A stretch of 64,000 nucleotides of DNA from Naegleria gruberi (taxonomy: Eukaryota), in NCBI GenBank assembly GCA_000004985.1, contig GG738876.1; one strand, given 5' to 3'. Both the position numbers and the translations under genes were made by a program. Shown in pieces: positions 58,721 through 64,000 of this stretch (position 1 is its first letter; every line of letters begins with the position of its first letter). The notes beneath the pieces were generated by a model. That model did no database searches, was not told the DNA's origin, and was given only the letters and a program-made list of their open reading frames with translations.

Positions 58721-60319
58721 ATGAAGTCAAGTGGTAGAAGAGTAGGAGTGACTGTAGATCAAGAGTATGAATCATTTACATCGGAAGAGGAAGAGGAAAT
58801 AGAGGAAAATCCTTTTAAAATTCCAACTGATGAACAAATATTTGAGAGTAAGGAAAAATTAAAATCGATAAATACAGGTTCCGGGTTAACCTTCAAATCA
58901 CCAAGAAAAACAAAAATGTCAAGGAGAGACCCTGTTTTACCTCTTATTAGAGATAAAAAGTCAAAGAGTGCTCCTTCTGGTGATCAACCTGTTGATGTAA
59001 ATAGCTCGTATAAAAAGAAGGAAAATGTTTCAGATTTTATTGAAAAGAAAAAACAAATGTTTCTCTTGCAGATGAGTATTGATACTAAAAAGTTTGAAAT
59101 TAAGAAATTAGAAAAGAAAGCTCAAAAGAGAGATCAAAAACTGTTCCAAATGGAACAGGAACTAAAACAACAGACACAAGCTTTTGACGATTTTCTTGCC
59201 CTTAACGATATTAGAGCAGTGGAAGCTATCAAAAAAGCTGAAGAAGAAACGAAAGCAAAACAATCTAAACAAAACGAGATTAAGAAATTGAATGCGAGAA
59301 TTGCTGCAATCACATCAGAAATTTCAAAACTTGATTACCAGTTAGACAATTGCAGAAGATATAAAGACTTTTTGGATTCACTCACACCAAAGGAAGAATT
59401 GGCAAAGATGAATGACAAGAAGAAAAAGACATCCAAATCAAGACCAGGATCAAGAGCAAGCTCAGGAAGATCAGGAACTTCGACCAGTGAAAAAGAGGAA
59501 AGAGAAACAAAGATGACACCAATTGCCTCTCTGGATTCTAAAGAAGAGGAGCAGACAGAAAACAATGAAGAAGTTATTGATATGTATTTTAAAAAGCCAG
59601 AGCAACTTCTTAATATTTATTCAGAATTGGAAGAAAGTAATTTAATTTTAATCCAAAACACTGAAGACATTCAAGAGCAACTTGAAGATGTCCAAAAAAT
59701 GTACAAAGAAACAAAGAAGAAAATGTAAGTTTTTAATTATAATAAGTAATTCTTAACGATTATCAGGAGTATGGAAGCTGAGAATTTGCAAGCTCAAATT
59801 GATGTACTTAATGAACAACTTGAAATAGAACAAGATAGATTGAAAACCATTTCAGATAGACACTCTTCAAATATCGATCAGGATGGAGAAGAGAGATTAA
59901 AGATGTTAACTGAAAAGATTAAAGAAATATATCTTCAATCTGGTGTGGAAACTGAATCAGACCAAAATGCAGATATTATGGAAAATATTGACCCACTCTT
60001 CATGTTATCCAAAATTGAAAATAAGCTTGAAAGTTTATTAACAGTACTTGATGAATACGATGACGATTTTGTTGCCAAGTACGAAAAGCAAAGAGAGAAA
60101 GAACGTAGAAAGCAGCAAAGAGAGGAGACCAACAAAATTAAATCTCAAAAAGAGAAGAAGAATAAGTCTGTTGTGCAGCAAACAGCACCTAGAAAGAGAG
60201 CAGGTAAACCTCTTGTGTTTAGGTCGGCTCCACCAAATACAGACACAAAGAAATCAAAGAGCGAGGAAACAAAACAAAACGAAGAGAAGGATGAGTTTAA
60301 GGAATTGTTTGGTCTATAA
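58721..60319 (+). CDS. Coiled-coil protein (about 520 aa). Exons 58721-59724 and 59767-60319, with a 42-nt intron
   Basis: AT|GTAAGT donor (phase 2) and ATTATCAG| acceptor restore the frame. Heptad-rich K/E sequence. No family call. Confidence 0.6.
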
Positions 60320-60445
60320 ACATTTCATTTTCAATTGCATCCCAGTAATTAGAAACAACGATACCCAAATTGTTAGAATCTAATTTAAAGAATCCGAATG
60401 TTCAGTTCAACAGTTCGGTTGTCAACAATCCCATTAAACAAAAAA

Positions 60446-62613
60446 ATGTCAGGTTTGCCGGTCTATCAAGTACGCCTGGATATAATAATTTTATTATTAG
60501 TTTGTCTTGTTGGTTGTTGCTTTGCTCATCAACCAACTTTCCATATGTTTACTCAAAGTCAACATGTTGAAAATCAACCAAATCATCATCACAAATGTAT
60601 TCACGACTCTCTCTACGATAATGAATTAAAACGATTTGATGGAGATCGTTCAAAATCACCACTTTTCATTGGTTTAGATAACCCAATACCTCTACAAACT
60701 ACTCATCGTCTTGTTAGGAAAATGGGTGCCAATGGAAAACGTTCTATTGAAAAGGTGTTTGATGTCTTTTCATCCATTAGAATAATTCTCGATACAACTT
60801 ACTTGTCAAGTGATGTAGAGAGTAGATCATGTTATTCAACTGGTGCAACCTATAAGAGAGGAAATCCATCTTCTACAAGTGTAGTTTGTGATGGTTCTTC
60901 AGTAACAACTAATTGCTAGTAAGTAATAGGTCAATTATTTGTTTGGAAATTGAACTGTTGGAATGAATTTTTGGTTCATGAAATAATTTAGTGGAACATG
61001 TAAAAGTGCAGACGTAATTACATCTACCAAATCATCTCGTGTGCTAAATCTTGTTCAACAAGTCAAGGCAAAGATTGCATCTCAGATTAGTACTAGACCA
61101 TTAGCTTCATTCACTGTTTCAAAACTTGCCATTAATTGTGGTGCAGAGGGAGGTGTTCCATGGACTAGTAATGTAATTGCTCCAAATACATTGACAAACG
61201 TTGATTTATATATTTATGTCACGATGAGGTATGTTTCTGAATAATTTCAATAATAATGATGATATTAATTATTGATATAGACCTGCTGATACTGGAGTTG
61301 CTGCTTGGGCTACTGCTTGCAGTACAGAATCAACATATGGAAGACCTGTTGCTGGTCAATTGAATATTAATCCATCAATTTTGGACACCTATCCAAGTGA
61401 TGACACTGTTCTTCTTTCAACAATTGAACATGAAACAACTCACATTTTGGGATTTAGTTCATCATTTTATGGACAATATCGTGATGATAATGGTTTTTTA
61501 ATGTCATCATCTGCAGTTGTTGCCTCAAAGACCAAAACTGAAAATGGAGCCTCTGTAACAAGACAATACTTTATTCATTCAAAGATGACTAACATGTATA
61601 AGAATTTAACTGGATGCTCAAGTGTTGATGGAGTACCAATTGAGGAATATGGAAGCTCTGGATCTGCAGGTAGTCATTTTGATGCAAGAGTTTTTGTAAA
61701 TGAATTGATGGCTCCTTCTTTGGATGGTTGTGGAACTTTTGGTAGAAGTTGTGTAACTACAACTGCTACTTTGGCCTTATTAGAAACTACTGGTTGGTAC
61801 AAATCAAGTGTTGCCAATCCAATAATTCCTGCCTACGGTAGAAATATGGGATGTAATTTTGCTAATCAGAGATGTTCTACTTGGGATACTGACAAGTTGG
61901 GTTATTTCTGTACTGATACCACTCAAAAGAAGTTCTCTTGTGTTTACCATATGCGTGATAAGGGTATTTGTGATATGGCCACTTACACTTCTGCATTGCC
62001 TGCTCAATATCAATATTTTACAAATTCCAAACAAGGTGGTAGAGTTTCATGGTTCGATTATTGTCCAATTCAACGTCGTTATATGAATTGTGCTGACAAA
62101 ACAATGCCAAAGAGATCTTCAGAAGTTTTCAATACCAATAGTGCCTGTTTTGTAGGTAATTTAGAATTGACTGGTTTTAGTGGAACTATGGAAAGTGAGG
62201 ATTCGGCCAGTAGATGTCTCGTGTATAGTTGTGATAGAACCAATAAGGTACTCAAAATTAGACTTCACACCACCTCCAATTACATTACTTGTCCTTCAGA
62301 TCAATCCAATCAAGTATTCACAGCTCCAACTGGATTCAAGGGATCTGTTACATGTCCAAAGAATGGTTATACCATTTTGTGTGATTCCTATGAAATTACT
62401 CCATCCACTGATGATGGTACAGGTAAAACTGCAATCTCATCTGATGAAGCTGGAAATGAAAGCTCAGATGGTACTTCATCTGGTAAGGTTTGCTTCTTAG
62501 GAATCTGTTGGGGAAGCAGTGCACAAATTGTTCAATTTTCCACCTCAAACATTTTCCTTCTCATTGCTACATTTGTTTTGTTGAATGCATTAATGAACAT
62601 GGTTACACAATAA
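60446..62613 (+). CDS. Leishmanolysin-like (GP63, peptidase M8) zinc metalloprotease. Exons 60446(60398)-60918, 60992-61228 and 61281-62613
   Basis: Signal peptide after ATG 60446. HKCIHD near the N-terminus. DLYIYVTMRPADTGVAAWATAC across the exon 2/3 junction. Catalytic HETTHILGFS (HExxH). Cys-rich C-terminus and C-terminal hydrophobic tail. Introns are 73 and 52 nt (TA|GTAAGT...TTTAG| and AG|GTATGT...ATATAG|). Confidence 0.85.
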
Positions 62614-62681
62614 AATTGTCTCAATATTATTATTTAAAACTAATATTATTATTGCTTGGTGATCTTTAGAGATCTTGAGAC

Positions 62682-63672
62682 TTATTTCAATTTTGGGAAC
62701 AACTTGAGAGTATTCAGGAGTGTTTTTGAAATTACTTCCTCCAAACTACATTTCTTAATTTTTGAAATCATTTGTGCGGAAAGTGGAATATTAGAAGGGT
62801 CATTCCTTGAATTTTTGATGGCCAATTCAAAAACTTCTTCACTTTCAAAATCTTCTCTTTTTGGAAGATTTGGAACAAGGGCTGGTGAATCACTACCAGA
62901 GTATTTCAATACAATATATTAAACATATTCGAAACTTACGTTTCCAATAAAATTCTATCCATAGGTACAACATTAATTAAATCCTGTAATTGTTTTGAAC
63001 GAATGACATTCGATGGAATTGAAAAGAAGTAACCATGTTGAAGACCTTCCCTGACAACCTTTGCACTTCCATCAAAACAATGCATCAAGACATTGGTAGC
63101 TCCCTTTTCTGCCAATAACTGAATGGTAGGTCTTCCAGCACTTCTTGAATGCACATTTAATGGTAGACCTGTCTGCTTACTCAATTCTACAAATTGTTCC
63201 AAAGCTTTTCGTTGTAAATTTTTAACTTGATCAATATTTTCAAGTTGTGGATTCGTTTCCTTAATATTCTTCAAAACTCCAGGTGTAAAATCAAGTCCCA
63301 CTATTTTCAATATTTCCTATATTCCTATATTGTAAATTAAATCTAGTACTAACCCTCTCCAATACAACAAATAAATTCCTGATTTTCCAAAATTAATTCC
63401 GAAATTCTTGATATTTGCTCTTCACTCTGAACACAACACGGATGAAGTCCAATGCCAGCTGCTAATTGCTTTGGGTACTTTTTACATAGATTTAAAATTC
63501 GTTTGGCAGTCTCCTCTTCCTCACTCACAAGAATTATCTTGTGTACGGAGGCTTGTGATGATTTTTGCAAAATTTGTTCCAATTCAGAAAAGTCTGAATG
63601 ACCATTTGGAAAGAACTTATCATCATAGAGGTGTGTATGTACATCGATCATCATTGATTCAACTTTCTCCAT
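62682..63672 (-). CDS. TATD: TatD-family metal-dependent nuclease. Exons 63672-63354, 63300-62940 and 62892-62682
   Basis: IDVHTHLYD, CIGE|VGLDF across intron 1 (GTTAGT donor, 53 nt), NVHSRSA, and LLET|DSPALVP across intron 2 (GTAAGT, 47 nt) reproduce the TatD motif order. Confidence 0.85.
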
Positions 63673-63743
63673 TTTTTTAAAATAATATACAAATATATTT
63701 AAAATCTCAACATGAATTTTTAAAAGAGAGTGAAATTGTTTAT

Positions 63744-64000
63744 TTACATTATGGAACAGCCCTTATTATTTCTCTCTTCATGATTTGAGGAATTGGATGA
63801 TGAATTGGATGATGAGGAAGAAGAAGAATTGGCATGATTCTTTGAAGAGTACTGATAATCTCCAAGTGAATCCATGATGATTTTTCTCAATTCCTTTTCT
63901 TCTGTGGTTGAAAGTAGTGGTTTGGTTGGTGCTTTTTGTTGGGTATGTCTGCCATTTCTGAGGAGGTGATAGTAGAGTGGTGGATGTGGATAACTTGGTT
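63744..64000 (-). CDS. 3' end of an unidentified gene continuing beyond the window (partial)
   Basis: Open minus-strand frame from the window edge to TAA at 63744-63746 (...LGDYQYSSKNHANSSSSSSSNSSSNSSNHEERNNKGCSIM*). Serine tract typical of local genes. Confidence 0.4.
   Translation of the reverse strand, partial: PSYPHPPLYYHLLRNGRHTQQKAPTKPLLSTTEEKELRKIIMDSLGDYQYSSKNHANSSSSSSSNSSSNSSNHEERNNKGCSIM

Overview
This 64-kb window is AT-rich (about 30% GC by eye), extremely gene-dense eukaryotic nuclear DNA. I can model about 40 protein-coding genes on both strands, typically separated by only 10-500 bp. There are no rRNA genes, tRNA genes, CRISPR arrays, prophage or operon-like prokaryotic features. 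One run of N (9265-9314) is an assembly gap.

Gene structure is distinctive. Introns are canonical GT-AG (mostly GTAAGT or GTATGT donors), very short (39-155 nt, most 40-85 nt), about one per gene, and concentrated at the 5' ends. Several genes have micro first exons: Spt6 has 13 nt and LSm8 has 19 nt. Proteins carry long Asn/Gln/Ser/His/Pro homopolymer tracts. Many 'M' residues in the supplied ORF track come from TTG or GTG, so I re-anchored true ATG starts and splice junctions by reading frame and homology.

By conserved motifs the recognisable genes include a cNMP-gated cation channel, a SLC35B-type nucleotide-sugar transporter (broken by the gap), a JMJD7-like JmjC protein, GTP cyclohydrolase I, Spt6, an ARF-family GTPase, a Dopey/DOP1 homologue (5 exons), ribosomal protein S18, mitochondrial ribosomal protein S5, CWC21, an SRA-YDG protein, an R3H plus 2H-phosphoesterase fusion, LSm8, SAS-6, condensin CAP-G, a TIS11/TTP tandem CCCH protein, Trm112, two F-box proteins, trehalose-6-phosphate phosphatase, a leishmanolysin (M8) peptidase and a TatD nuclease.

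SAS-6 together with a flagellar-type LRR protein points to a centriole-bearing AT-rich protist. A Naegleria-like heterolobosean is the best fit, but this is not provable from sequence alone, and SAS-6 argues against a dictyostelid.

The most unusual locus is 34.18-37.66 kb. The last 12 nt, stop codon and 3'UTR of RPS18 form a roughly 125-bp cassette that recurs four times. Copy C is flanked by a 24-bp inverted repeat. The fourth copy is the 3' end of an orphan 719-aa gene, which is bracketed by a 24-bp direct repeat.

Two convergent gene pairs end with stop codons that overlap (a shared TTAA) or lie 9 bp apart.
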